A DNA stretch of 64,000 nt from Chloroflexota bacterium. GTDB taxonomy: Bacteria; Chloroflexota; Limnocylindria; Limnocylindrales; Limnocylindraceae. The position numbers and the translations under genes were made by a program. Numbering within the stretch: the first letter of the stretch is position 1; the number at the start of each line of letters is the position of its first letter. The DNA lies in NCBI GenBank assembly GCA_038145565.1, contig JAYQPX010000001.1:8255-72254 (forward strand), in the 5' to 3' direction. Below, in pieces: positions 31,304-39,794 of this stretch. A model generated the notes under the pieces. That model did not search any database and was not told the DNA's origin. It saw nothing but the letters and a program-made list of their open reading frames with translations.

Positions 31304-31377
31304 TTCGTTCGCTCCTCTCCGGCCTCACGGGGCCATCTGCGATCTCTCAGGATCGTCTCGAAAGGACACCAGTCTCC

Positions 31378-31452
31378 TGGTGAGCCGGGTGGGATTCGAA
31401 CCCACGACCTAGTGATTAAGAGTCACTTGCTCTACCGCTGAGCTACCGGCCC
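31378..31452 (-). tRNA. tRNA-Lys(CTT), CCA encoded
   Basis: Reverse complement reads GGGCCGGTAGCTCAGCGGTAGAGCAAGTGACTCTTAATCACTAGGTCGTGGGTTCGAATCCCACCCGGCTCACCA. Anticodon loop CTCTTAA. Lies 75 nt upstream of carA. Confidence 0.85.
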
Positions 31453-31508
31453 ACGCGGAAGGATAGTGGAGGGCGGCGCTGGCCGCACGGGGCGTAGCGC
31501 AGGGGGAG

Positions 31509-32456
31509 CTACTCCGTCCCTGGGATCGCCCCTGAGGCGGCCAACTGGTCCAGCAGCGGTGTGAGACGCACCGCAAGTGCGGCGTGACCCGCCGCATTCG
31601 GGTGAAATGGAATGGCGCCATCTCGCCCCCACTGCCACGGCACGTCCGTACAGATACGGTGCCCTGCGAACGCGTCGGCAAGATCGGCAACCTGCACGCG
31701 TGGATCGCCCACCACAGCGATCGCCTCCGCCACGCTGGCACTGATCGCTCGTCCCCACTCCTCAATCACGAGCAGGTCGGCATCAGAGAGTTCGTCGCCT
31801 GGGGCCCGCAGACTCTCGCACGCATCAAGGCCAGGGGTGCCAGCGCTGGGAAGCGAATCGGCGTAGAGGACAACGATCAGCAGCGCATTCGGTGCCCGGT
31901 GCAACACCTCCTGATAAAGGCGAACCAGGTTTCCAGTCAGCGCATCAACACGCGGGGATACGCGCGCAGCAACCTCAGCGCATCGCTCCGGAAACTCGAA
32001 GCGGCAAGCGGAGAAGACCTCACTGAATCCCGTATCGTTTCCTCCAATGGAGAGCATCACAACATCAGTCGTGTCGTTGAGCGCTTGCACCTGGACCGGC
32101 TCCGCAGCACGCGCCCTGCGGTCAAGAAGATCTGGAATCATGGCGCCGCTGCACGAAACGTGCATGAGCGAAATGCGCACCGAAGATGGATCGAGAAGTC
32201 GCGGCCACGCTGGACCACGCGCGCAGACGCTCGGCGCGCCGAGCAGGTTGAGCGAGCCGCGGTCGAACGGAGTGGCGGCAGATGCATAACTATCCCCAAG
32301 GACCACAAGATCAATCAGCGGCGCACTCGCATTAGCACTGCCAATCAGCAGGGGGGAAGGAAGAGTTGCGTTAGCGGCAAGCCCTGGACCCCCAGCTCCC
32401 GCAACGAAGGCAAGTGCGCCGCCGAGCAGTGCGCTGATTAGAACTCGCGCGCTCAT
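31509..32456 (-). CDS. secreted SGNH/GDSL-family hydrolase
   Basis: Signal peptide, GDSYAS block (GDS(L)), and C-terminal DxxHP-like GHRICTD...HPNAAGHAA. Confidence 0.8.
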   Translation of the reverse strand: MSARVLISALLGGALAFVAGAGGPGLAANATLPSPLLIGSANASAPLIDLVVLGDSYASAATPFDRGSLNLLGAPSVCARGPAWPRLLDPSSVRISLMHVSCSGAMIPDLLDRRARAAEPVQVQALNDTTDVVMLSIGGNDTGFSEVFSACRFEFPERCAEVAARVSPRVDALTGNLVRLYQEVLHRAPNALLIVVLYADSLPSAGTPGLDACESLRAPGDELSDADLLVIEEWGRAISASVAEAIAVVGDPRVQVADLADAFAGHRICTDVPWQWGRDGAIPFHPNAAGHAALAVRLTPLLDQLAASGAIPGTE

Positions 32457-33376
32457 CCCTGCAGCAGTTCGTCCACTGCCCCACTCAACGGGCGGAGGCC
32501 GTCAGTGATACCACGTGCCAACGCTTCGAGTCGACCATCTGTTTCGGCTGCGCGCAGTCTCTCTGCAGCGCGCGCCTCAACCGCCGCTGCTAGGTGCGCC
32601 GAAACACGTTTCACTCGTCCCCCTCGCCCCGGACGGAGCACAGCGGTATCCAAGGCGTGGAGTAGCTCTGTGACGCCGCTCCCTTCGGTTGCTGACGTGA
32701 TCAGCACCTCTGGCGCATCAGCGCCGAGTGCGAGTCCGGTGCGCAGTCGCTCAACCGCGCGATCGGCTCCTGGACGATCTCCCTTGTTGACGACCACGAG
32801 ATCGCCAGACTCGAGTAGCCCCGCCTTCATTGCCTGCACCTCGTCTCCACCCTCAGGCCCTTCAACCAGCAGGACGAGATCGGCGAGTCGCACAATGCCA
32901 AGGTCGGCCTGGCCCGCACCAACCGTCTCAATAAAGAGGAGATCAAATCCTGCCGCCTCAATCAGTAGCGAAGCAGCGGCGGCGGCGTGCGAGAGCGAAC
33001 GACCGCTTCCCCGCGTTGCGATGGAGCGCATGAAGCGACCATCATCATCTGGGCTCTCCTCTACGCGCACGCGATCTCCAAGCAGCGCGCCACCACTCAC
33101 CGCCGACGAAGGATCGACCGCGAGGATCGCGACACGTCGCCCTTCCGCGCGCGCGCGATCCGCGAGTGCGCCAACAAGGGTGCTCTTCCCCGCACCTGGA
33201 GGACCAGTGACCCCGATCACACGCGCAACGGGACCTGTGGCCGTTGCAAGCTGGGCAAGCGCCTCTTGAATCAACGCATCGGCGCTCGGGCCTCCGCGCT
33301 CCACACTGCTGATCGCCTGCGCGAGCTCTCGCGCACTGCGCAGGGCTGCGCCGCGCGGGCTAGCGGCGTCGGACAT
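32453..33376 (-). CDS. meaB: methylmalonyl-CoA mutase-associated GTPase MeaB/ArgK (G3E family)
   Basis: P-loop [14 protein letters not shown]. Start taken at MSDAASPRG (33376). The longer ORF to 33616 would overlap the upstream B12-binding gene in another frame. Confidence 0.85.
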   Translation of the reverse strand: MSDAASPRGAALRSARELAQAISSVERGGPSADALIQEALAQLATATGPVARVIGVTGPPGAGKSTLVGALADRARAEGRRVAILAVDPSSAVSGGALLGDRVRVEESPDDDGRFMRSIATRGSGRSLSHAAAAASLLIEAAGFDLLFIETVGAGQADLGIVRLADLVLLVEGPEGGDEVQAMKAGLLESGDLVVVNKGDRPGADRAVERLRTGLALGADAPEVLITSATEGSGVTELLHALDTAVLRPGRGGRVKRVSAHLAAAVEARAAERLRAAETDGRLEALARGITDGLRPLSGAVDELLQG

Positions 33377-33767
33377 TGGCGCGCAGGTACGTGGCAATCT
33401 CCGCAATCGTGCTCCCTGGGCCAAAGATCGCAGAGATGCCAGCCGCCTCAAGTCCAGCTCGATCCTCTTCCGGGATGATTCCGCCCGCGACCACCAGCAC
33501 GTCGGCCGCCCCCGCCTCTCGGAGTCCAGCGACCACTTTCGGGAGGAGTGTGGCGTGTGCGCCAGAGAGGATCGAACAGCCGACCACATCCACGTCCTCT
33601 TCAATGGCGGCGGCAATGATCGCCTCTGTGGTGCGCCGGATTCCCGTGTAGATCACCTCAAACCCTTCGTCGCGCAAGCCGCGCGCGAGCACCTTTGCGC
33701 CGCGATCGTGGCCGTCGAGGCCAGGCTTCGCGATCAGGACTCGGATCGGTGCCGTTCGTTCAGTCAT
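33360..33767 (-). CDS. cobalamin (B12)-binding domain protein, methylmalonyl-CoA mutase small-subunit-like
   Basis: 135 aa. N-terminal [31 protein letters not shown] carries the DxHxxG B12-binding motif. Rossmann-like B12-binding fold. Confidence 0.85.
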   Translation of the reverse strand: MTERTAPIRVLIAKPGLDGHDRGAKVLARGLRDEGFEVIYTGIRRTTEAIIAAAIEEDVDVVGCSILSGAHATLLPKVVAGLREAGAADVLVVAGGIIPEEDRAGLEAAGISAIFGPGSTIAEIATYLRANVRRR

Positions 33768-33869
33768 GTCCTCATCCTACCCCGCCCCCAAGCACCGTTG
33801 AGGCCGAAGGTCGGTAGAATGGGATCGTACGGCAGCGACACGCTGCTCAGAGTGGAGGCGAAGTTAGAG

Positions 33870-34208
33870 ATGGCGGAGATCAAGCACACCACGGACGCAT
33901 CGTTTGAGGCGGATGTCGCCAACTCGCCACGACCCGTGATCGTGGACTTCTGGGCGCCGTGGTGCGGCCCATGCAAACTCGTTGCCCCAGAACTTGAGAA
34001 GCTCGCAACGCAATACGACGGCAAAGTTGACATCGTGAAGGTCAATGTCGACGAGAACCCAAGTTTGCAGCGTGCGTTCAACATCATGTCCATCCCAACG
34101 ATCGCCTTCTTCAAGGGGGCGGGCGCGCAACCAGTTGGCGCCGTCGGATTCCAGACCGCCGAGCAACTTGAGGCGCGATTCGGACTCAAGGAGCTCGCCG
34201 CCAAGTAG
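33870..34208 (+). CDS. trxA: thioredoxin
   Basis: Active site WAPWCGPCK. 112 aa from MAEIK, with GGAGG 11 nt upstream of the ATG. Confidence 0.9.
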   Translation: MAEIKHTTDASFEADVANSPRPVIVDFWAPWCGPCKLVAPELEKLATQYDGKVDIVKVNVDENPSLQRAFNIMSIPTIAFFKGAGAQPVGAVGFQTAEQLEARFGLKELAAK

Positions 34209-34215
34209 CGGTGCG

Positions 34216-34803
34216 CTAGCGCAACGCGGACTCGTACCTCGCAAGGAGATCGTCAATCTCCGCATTTGAGAGGTCAGACGTCAGCAGTCCGCGCACCCGG
34301 TCACTCTCGCTCGCCACTTGAAAGAGCACAATCACTTGGCGCTTATCTCCGTTGATGAGCGTCATTCGGCTCCCCTCCCATGCGCCAACCTGCACCGACT
34401 CGATCCGAATGTCTTGCGTCTTTCTTCCAGTTGCTGCGCCGCGTTCAAATGCGTACGCGAGTGCGTCAAGGGTCAGGCCAACGCCTTGATAGGTCACAAC
34501 GGAGAATCCGGTGAGGTTCTCGCGCTCGTAGATTGCTCCCGCAGAGCGGAGCTCACGCAGTCCAGAGCCCCAGAGCGGACCGAGTCGTTTCTCCGAACAC
34601 TCACGCCCTGAGTCAACTTCGCTCGGCGTCTCACTGAACGCGGCGAGAGGGATCGTGGCTTCAAGCGCCACATCAAACCCTACGGCGCGCTGCACATCAA
34701 TTGACGGATCACATGGGAGTGTGCCGTCAGGAAGAGTGCTCGGCGCACACGCCGCGATCAACACGGCGACGAAGAGCAGCATCGAAATCGGTGCACGTGC
34801 CAT
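34216..34803 (-). CDS. hypothetical lipoprotein
   Basis: Signal peptide with lipobox LIAACAP. 195 aa. Shares 1 nt with the upstream J-domain gene. Confidence 0.55.
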   Translation of the reverse strand: MARAPISMLLFVAVLIAACAPSTLPDGTLPCDPSIDVQRAVGFDVALEATIPLAAFSETPSEVDSGRECSEKRLGPLWGSGLRELRSAGAIYERENLTGFSVVTYQGVGLTLDALAYAFERGAATGRKTQDIRIESVQVGAWEGSRMTLINGDKRQVIVLFQVASESDRVRGLLTSDLSNAEIDDLLARYESALR

Positions 34804-35510
34804 TATTCAGCACCTCCATCAAACGCAACTGGCGACGGTCGGAAGAGGCTGCCACGCGCCGGACGCGCGACGCCGAACTCCTCTGCGAGGCTGTTGAGAA
34901 CGCGGTCGGCCGCTTGTGCGAGCTCAGGATCACGACGCACGTTGTCCACGCACCAGGCTAAATAGCCAGGATCGCGTCGGCCGACCGCATCCACGGTGGC
35001 ACCCGCGTATCGGCCGAATGTGAATCGCACGACACGCGCCGCTTCAAGCGAAATGCGCGGTCGCGCCGCAACCTCTGGATCGACGCGTCGACGCACCGGT
35101 CCAGCCGGAGTCCCCACACGTGGCACTTTCACTTCGGAGGCCCGCCGAGTCGGCCACTCGGCCTCAGGCCGCCAATTGACGCTGGTTGGTTCACTTGTTC
35201 GCGCGTTGAACAGTGGCGGCTGCGTGAGCTCCACGCGCCCCGTCACCGGCGCCGGCGGACGATGACCACCACGGGGCGGCGGCATTGTCGCTGGGTCTTC
35301 TGCGACCCACGCCTCAGCGAGCAGCGCCTCCGCAGCTGCATTGATCAGTGCCATCTCCCGCGTCGCCTTGCGAGCCCCCGCAGCGTCGTCGGAGAAGTTG
35401 TCCGGATGATGCGTGCGAGCGAGGATTCGCCGCGCAGATCGAATCTCCTCAGCTGACGCACCTGGCGCCAAGCCGAGCACTTCGTGCGGGCTCCGCGCCC
35501 CCCGCCTCAC
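34803..35510 (-). CDS. J-domain (DnaJ-like) protein with uncharacterised C-terminal domain
   Basis: N-terminal HEVLGLAPGASAEEIRSARRILARTHHPDNF contains the HPD tripeptide. Confidence 0.75.
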   Translation of the reverse strand: MRRGARSPHEVLGLAPGASAEEIRSARRILARTHHPDNFSDDAAGARKATREMALINAAAEALLAEAWVAEDPATMPPPRGGHRPPAPVTGRVELTQPPLFNARTSEPTSVNWRPEAEWPTRRASEVKVPRVGTPAGPVRRRVDPEVAARPRISLEAARVVRFTFGRYAGATVDAVGRRDPGYLAWCVDNVRRDPELAQAADRVLNSLAEEFGVARPARGSLFRPSPVAFDGGAE

Positions 35511-35571
35511 GTTGAACTCACAGTTGCAAACATTAGGAACTAAGTGTAGCCCGCTCCCCTACGATGGACCT

Positions 35572-36510
35572 ATGAAGAACTTGATCAAAGCGGTGGAGAT
35601 CTCGCGCCCACTCCTCTGGCTCAACACATCGATGCCGCTCCTCTGGGGCCTCCTCGCCACGCGTGGCGCGGTGCAGCCGAGCGACTTGGTCCTCTTCGCC
35701 TTCTTTCTCTTCCCATATAACTACTTTCTCCACGCCCCGAACGACTACTTTGACTTTGAGACTGACGCGCGCAACCCGCGCAAAGGCGGTGTTGAGGGTG
35801 CGCTGACGCCGAAGCCGCTCCTCGCGCAGCACGCGATCATCAGCGCACTCCTCCTTCTCCCGTTCCTCGCCTTCACTGCCGCCCAGTTCCCGCCGCTCAC
35901 GCTCGCCTCGCTCGGTCTTCTTCTCCTCCTCTCGGCGGCGTACAACGCACCACCTACGCGCCTCAAGGGGCGACCGATCCTCGATTCACTCACGAACGTC
36001 CTCTACGCGATCCCGCTCCAAGTTGGCATTCATACTGCTGGTGGCACTGACCTGATCGCGCCACAGGTGCTCGTCTTTGCCGCTTGGGGGATCGGCGCGC
36101 ACGCACTCACCACCATCACGGATCGCGATGAAGATGCCGCCGCTGGCGTGCGCACGATTGCTGTCTTGCTTGGACGTCGAAACACGGCGCTATTCTCTGC
36201 CGCCTGGTTCGCACTTGTCGGTGCCGGAACAGCGAGCCTTGCTGGTACGCCACTCGCCGCCACTCTCGCCCTCCCTTACCTTGCGCTCTGCATCATCGGC
36301 CGCGAAGTCAGTGGCGAAGCGGGTCGACGCCTGTATCGACTCTTCTTGATCGCGAACGTAGTGATTGGCGCGACCATCACGATGTTGGTGATGCTCCAGG
36401 TCCCGTTTGAGTCAGCGGTTGCCGCTGGTGCCACCGCAATCGTCGGCACGCTGGTCGCACTCGGCGCATCTGTGGGCAGATCCGTACTGCGCGCACGTCA
36501 ACGAGCGTGA
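35572..36510 (+). CDS. UbiA-family aromatic/isoprenoid prenyltransferase (lycopene-elongase-like)
   Basis: Start at MKNLIKAVEI (ATG 35572). Asp-rich motif NDYFDFETD (NDxxDxxxD), a second Asp-rich site TDRDED, and about 8 TM helices. Immediately followed by a CrtI-family gene. Confidence 0.78.
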   Translation: MKNLIKAVEISRPLLWLNTSMPLLWGLLATRGAVQPSDLVLFAFFLFPYNYFLHAPNDYFDFETDARNPRKGGVEGALTPKPLLAQHAIISALLLLPFLAFTAAQFPPLTLASLGLLLLLSAAYNAPPTRLKGRPILDSLTNVLYAIPLQVGIHTAGGTDLIAPQVLVFAAWGIGAHALTTITDRDEDAAAGVRTIAVLLGRRNTALFSAAWFALVGAGTASLAGTPLAATLALPYLALCIIGREVSGEAGRRLYRLFLIANVVIGATITMLVMLQVPFESAVAAGATAIVGTLVALGASVGRSVLRARQRA

Positions 36511-38084
36511 CCCCAGCGAAGCGCGTCGTTGTAGTTGGCGCGGGACTCGCCGGCCTCGCCAGTGCGATCCGTCTCGCCGCCGCGGGAGTCCGCGTCACCG
36601 TCATCGAGCGGGGCACGCGACCAGGCGGCAAGATGGGACGTCGAGAGATCGGTCCTTATCGCTGGGATAGCGGTCCCACCATCTTCACCCTTCCCGAACT
36701 CTTCGATCAGCTCTGGTCCGCTGCCGGCGCACGGCGCAGCGACGACCTGGCTCTCCTCCCCGTTGAGCCGGCCTCGCGCACTTTCTTTGCGGACGGTAGC
36801 GTCCTGGAGACATCAAGCGATCTCGCCAAACTGGCCGCAAGCTTCGGCGCGCTCGATCCGCGTGATGCGGCGGGGATCCCAGCATTCATGCGTCGCGGCG
36901 AGAAGCTCTGGCGCGAACTAGATCAGACCTTCTTCCGGAAGACGCTCAGTCCCTTGAGCCTCCTTGCACCTAGTTCGTGGCTCGCAGGGATTCGACTAGA
37001 CGCAGCTACGCCGTACAGTCGCCGCATCAACCAGACTTTCCACGACGAACGCATCCGCCACGTGATGCGCTACAAGTCCATCTATTTGGGCTCCACGCCA
37101 CAAAGCGTCCCTGGCGCATTCCTCTCCATCCCGTACATCGAAGCGAAGTTCGGCACATGGCACCCACAGGGGGGCATGCACGAAGCGCCACTCGCCATGG
37201 AGCGCCTCGCCCGACGACTCGGCGTGGAGTTCCGCTACGGCACCGATGCAATCGGGAGCGTCATCAGCGACAAGCGCATCAGCGCTCTCCGCATCGCGCC
37301 GCGTAGTGCGAAACCGCGAACACTTGGCACCGGTCCCGCTGCACCAGATCAGCCCGGCGAGGAGCGCATTGAGGCTGACGCGTTCCTCTTCAATGCAGAT
37401 ATCGTCCACGCGAATCGTGATCTGATTGGCGAAGGGAACCTCGGCGCGCTCAGTCGGCAGCGCTTCAAGAGAATCACGCCGTCATCGAGCGCCTACATCC
37501 TGCACCTTGGCGTAAAGCGCACCTTCCCGGACCTCGCGCACCACACCGTATGGCACCCCGAGAACCCGAACGACGAACTCGACCGCATCATCAGCTCACC
37601 CGTGCCGAGCGGTGATCCTACGCTCTACATCCAGCATGTAGCGGCAACCGATCCAACCGCACGACTCAATAGCCGCACCGCGCTCTACGTGTTGACACCA
37701 GTTCCGCCGCTGAAGGAACGACGCTGGTGGGAGGAGCACCGTGACGAGTACCGCGCCGCAACCATCAAGCGCGTCTGCGAGCGCACGGGCCTGAAGCCCG
37801 AAGAGATCGAAGAGCAGGCCGACTGGACGCCGCTCGAGTTTGAGCGCGAGCAGTACTGCCACGACGGCTCCATCTTTGCCTTAGCTGCGAGCTTCTTCCA
37901 GAGCGCCTACTTCCGCCCTTCCAACGCTTCGCCAGACGTCGCCAACGCGTTCTTCGCCGGTGGCGGCTCACAGCCTGGCGGCGGCATCCCGCTCGTCATG
38001 CTCTCGGGCTACATCGCCAGCCGCACCATCTTGAAGCGACTCGGACTCACCCTCCCACCGAGCGAGGCGGGACAGATCCTTTGA
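36507..38084 (+). CDS. phytoene desaturase family FAD-dependent oxidoreductase (CrtI/CrtD-like)
   Basis: FAD-binding motif VVVVGAGLAGLASAIRLA, an HHTV block, and C-terminal FFAGGGSQPGGGIPLV. 525 aa. Confidence 0.85.
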   Translation: MTPAKRVVVVGAGLAGLASAIRLAAAGVRVTVIERGTRPGGKMGRREIGPYRWDSGPTIFTLPELFDQLWSAAGARRSDDLALLPVEPASRTFFADGSVLETSSDLAKLAASFGALDPRDAAGIPAFMRRGEKLWRELDQTFFRKTLSPLSLLAPSSWLAGIRLDAATPYSRRINQTFHDERIRHVMRYKSIYLGSTPQSVPGAFLSIPYIEAKFGTWHPQGGMHEAPLAMERLARRLGVEFRYGTDAIGSVISDKRISALRIAPRSAKPRTLGTGPAAPDQPGEERIEADAFLFNADIVHANRDLIGEGNLGALSRQRFKRITPSSSAYILHLGVKRTFPDLAHHTVWHPENPNDELDRIISSPVPSGDPTLYIQHVAATDPTARLNSRTALYVLTPVPPLKERRWWEEHRDEYRAATIKRVCERTGLKPEEIEEQADWTPLEFEREQYCHDGSIFALAASFFQSAYFRPSNASPDVANAFFAGGGSQPGGGIPLVMLSGYIASRTILKRLGLTLPPSEAGQIL

Positions 38085-38118
38085 GGTAAACCTCCCACGT
38101 ACAACGCGGTGCGAATTG

Positions 38119-38150
38119 GAGAGGCCGGCCCCCATAGGGACCGGCCTCTC
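38119..38150. terminator. perfect 10-bp GC-rich hairpin between convergent genes (putative bidirectional terminator)
   Basis: GAGAGGCCGG-cccccataggga-CCGGCCTCTC, read directly from the sequence. Flanked by the CCCACGTGGG palindrome. No strong U-tract on either side. Confidence 0.45.
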
Positions 38151-38174
38151 CTGCCCACGTGGGCAACACGAGCG

Positions 38175-39578
38175 TCAGACCGCGATGATGCCGAGCTTCA
38201 CCAGGAAGTAGACGACGAATGCGGCAATGGAGACCCAGAAGAGAGGCTTCACGTCGCTCGCCTTCCCCGATGTCACCTTCAGGATGCCGTAGGTCAAGAA
38301 CCCTACGCCGATCCCGTCAGTGATGGAATACGAGAGCGGCATCACAATCAGCGTCGCGAGGATCGGGAATCCATCGGTGGCATCCTTCCACTGCACGTCG
38401 CGGATCGCCTCAAACATGAGGTAGCCGATGATCACAAGTGCCGGTGCCGTTGCCGCAGCTGGAACGATTCCAGCGATCGGCGAGAGGAGAACGGCGCAAA
38501 GGAAGAGTGCACCGGTCACCACGCTGGTGAGACCGGTGCGACCACCCTCCTTGATGCCAGCGGCAGACTCAATGTACGTCGTGTTGGACGAGACGCCGAG
38601 CGCTCCGCCCGCTGCGGCCGCGATTGAGTCAACAAGCAGCACGCGATTCGATCCTGGGAGTTGACCCTTGTTGTCCAAGAGCCCTGCGCGTGCACCAAGG
38701 CCGACCATCGTGCCGGCAGTGTCGAAGAAGTCACTCAGCATGATCGAGAAGACGGCGAGTGCGACGGCGAGGAAGCCGGCTCCCGTCGACCAGACGCTGA
38801 ACATTGAGCCGAAGGCCTGACCGATTCCAACAAAGTTAGACGCGTCAAGCGGACTCACAAAGCTGCTCGGGATCGTAGAGACCCCGAGGCCCAGTGCAAC
38901 GAGAGTGCCGACTCCAATTGAGATCAGCAGTCCGCCTGGCTTTCGAATGAGCGCGAGCGCCGTGAGGAGGCCCGCGCCAAAGATTGCGAGGTGCGGAAGA
39001 TCCGCAACGGGAACTTCCACGCCGCCGAAGCCGATGCCCGAGAAGAGCCCGAGCGGCACGGTGCCAGCGAACGACTTCACGACGACATTTGCCTCGAAGA
39101 GACCGATCAAAAGGAGGAAGAGCCCGATGCCGACGGCAATGGCGCGCTTCAAGTTGAGTGGGATCGCTTCGAGGATTGCTTTACGGAATCCGGTGAGCAT
39201 CAAGATCGTGATGAAGATGCCCTCCCAGACGATCACGGCCATCGCTTCGGCCCAGGTCAACCCGAGCCCGAGGATCAACTGGAATGCGACGAACGCATTC
39301 AGCCCCATCCCTGCGGCGAGTGCAAACGGATAGTTCGCAACAACACCCATGAGGATCGTGAGAAGTCCGGCACCAAGCGCGGTGACGGCGAAGATCGCTT
39401 CTGCGCTCGGTGCGCCGGCGGCGCCGATCGCGCCCCCTGCTGCACCCGCGCCAACGTAGTTTGCATTCACGAAGATGATGTACGCCATCACAAGGAACGT
39501 GGTGGCTCCGGCGCGGACTTCCGTCCCTACCGTGGTGCCACGCTTCTTGAGCTGGAAGTACTTGGCAATGCTCGCCAT
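38175..39578 (-). CDS. NCS2/AzgA-family purine (adenine/guanine/hypoxanthine) permease
   Basis: Start taken at MASIAKYFQLKKRGTTVGTE (ATG 39578, with GGGAGGG 5 nt upstream). Polytopic membrane protein. Confidence 0.85.
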   Translation of the reverse strand: MASIAKYFQLKKRGTTVGTEVRAGATTFLVMAYIIFVNANYVGAGAAGGAIGAAGAPSAEAIFAVTALGAGLLTILMGVVANYPFALAAGMGLNAFVAFQLILGLGLTWAEAMAVIVWEGIFITILMLTGFRKAILEAIPLNLKRAIAVGIGLFLLLIGLFEANVVVKSFAGTVPLGLFSGIGFGGVEVPVADLPHLAIFGAGLLTALALIRKPGGLLISIGVGTLVALGLGVSTIPSSFVSPLDASNFVGIGQAFGSMFSVWSTGAGFLAVALAVFSIMLSDFFDTAGTMVGLGARAGLLDNKGQLPGSNRVLLVDSIAAAAGGALGVSSNTTYIESAAGIKEGGRTGLTSVVTGALFLCAVLLSPIAGIVPAAATAPALVIIGYLMFEAIRDVQWKDATDGFPILATLIVMPLSYSITDGIGVGFLTYGILKVTSGKASDVKPLFWVSIAAFVVYFLVKLGIIAV

Positions 39579-39794
39579 GGTTCCCTCCCCTAGGCCGTTC
39601 AATCGGACGGCCGACCGGACCTCCACCTCCTGGGGCCTCCGCGCCGCCTGGAGTGGCCGCCGAGGCGGCCCGCGTCGTGTCAGCACCACCGTATGGGCGA
39701 CCGTGTACAGCCACAAGGGGCAAATATGGGCAAAACGCTACGAACCGCTCGAGATTATTCGTGCAAATGCACAAGATAGTTGTGAGTCGTGCGC

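Noticed and set aside
33377-33616. N-terminal 80-aa extension of the meaB ORF
   Set aside because: Trp/Arg/Ser-rich. It would overlap the B12-binding gene by 257 nt in another frame. An internal Met (MSDAASPRG) gives a canonical MeaB N-terminus.
35413-35571. 53-aa N-terminal extension of the UbiA ORF
   Set aside because: Overlaps the J-domain gene start region. The Met at 35572 precedes the first TM helix and gives a typical UbiA length.
39579-39716. 46-aa N-terminal extension of the permease ORF (MWLYTVAH...)
   Set aside because: An internal ATG at 39578 is preceded by GGGAGGG, and the extension is Arg/Pro-rich.
39700-39790. Possible guanine/adenine riboswitch upstream of the purine permease
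   Set aside because: Could not place P1/P2/P3 helices or the conserved J2-3 and loop motifs on either strand. Kept only as an unexplained long leader.
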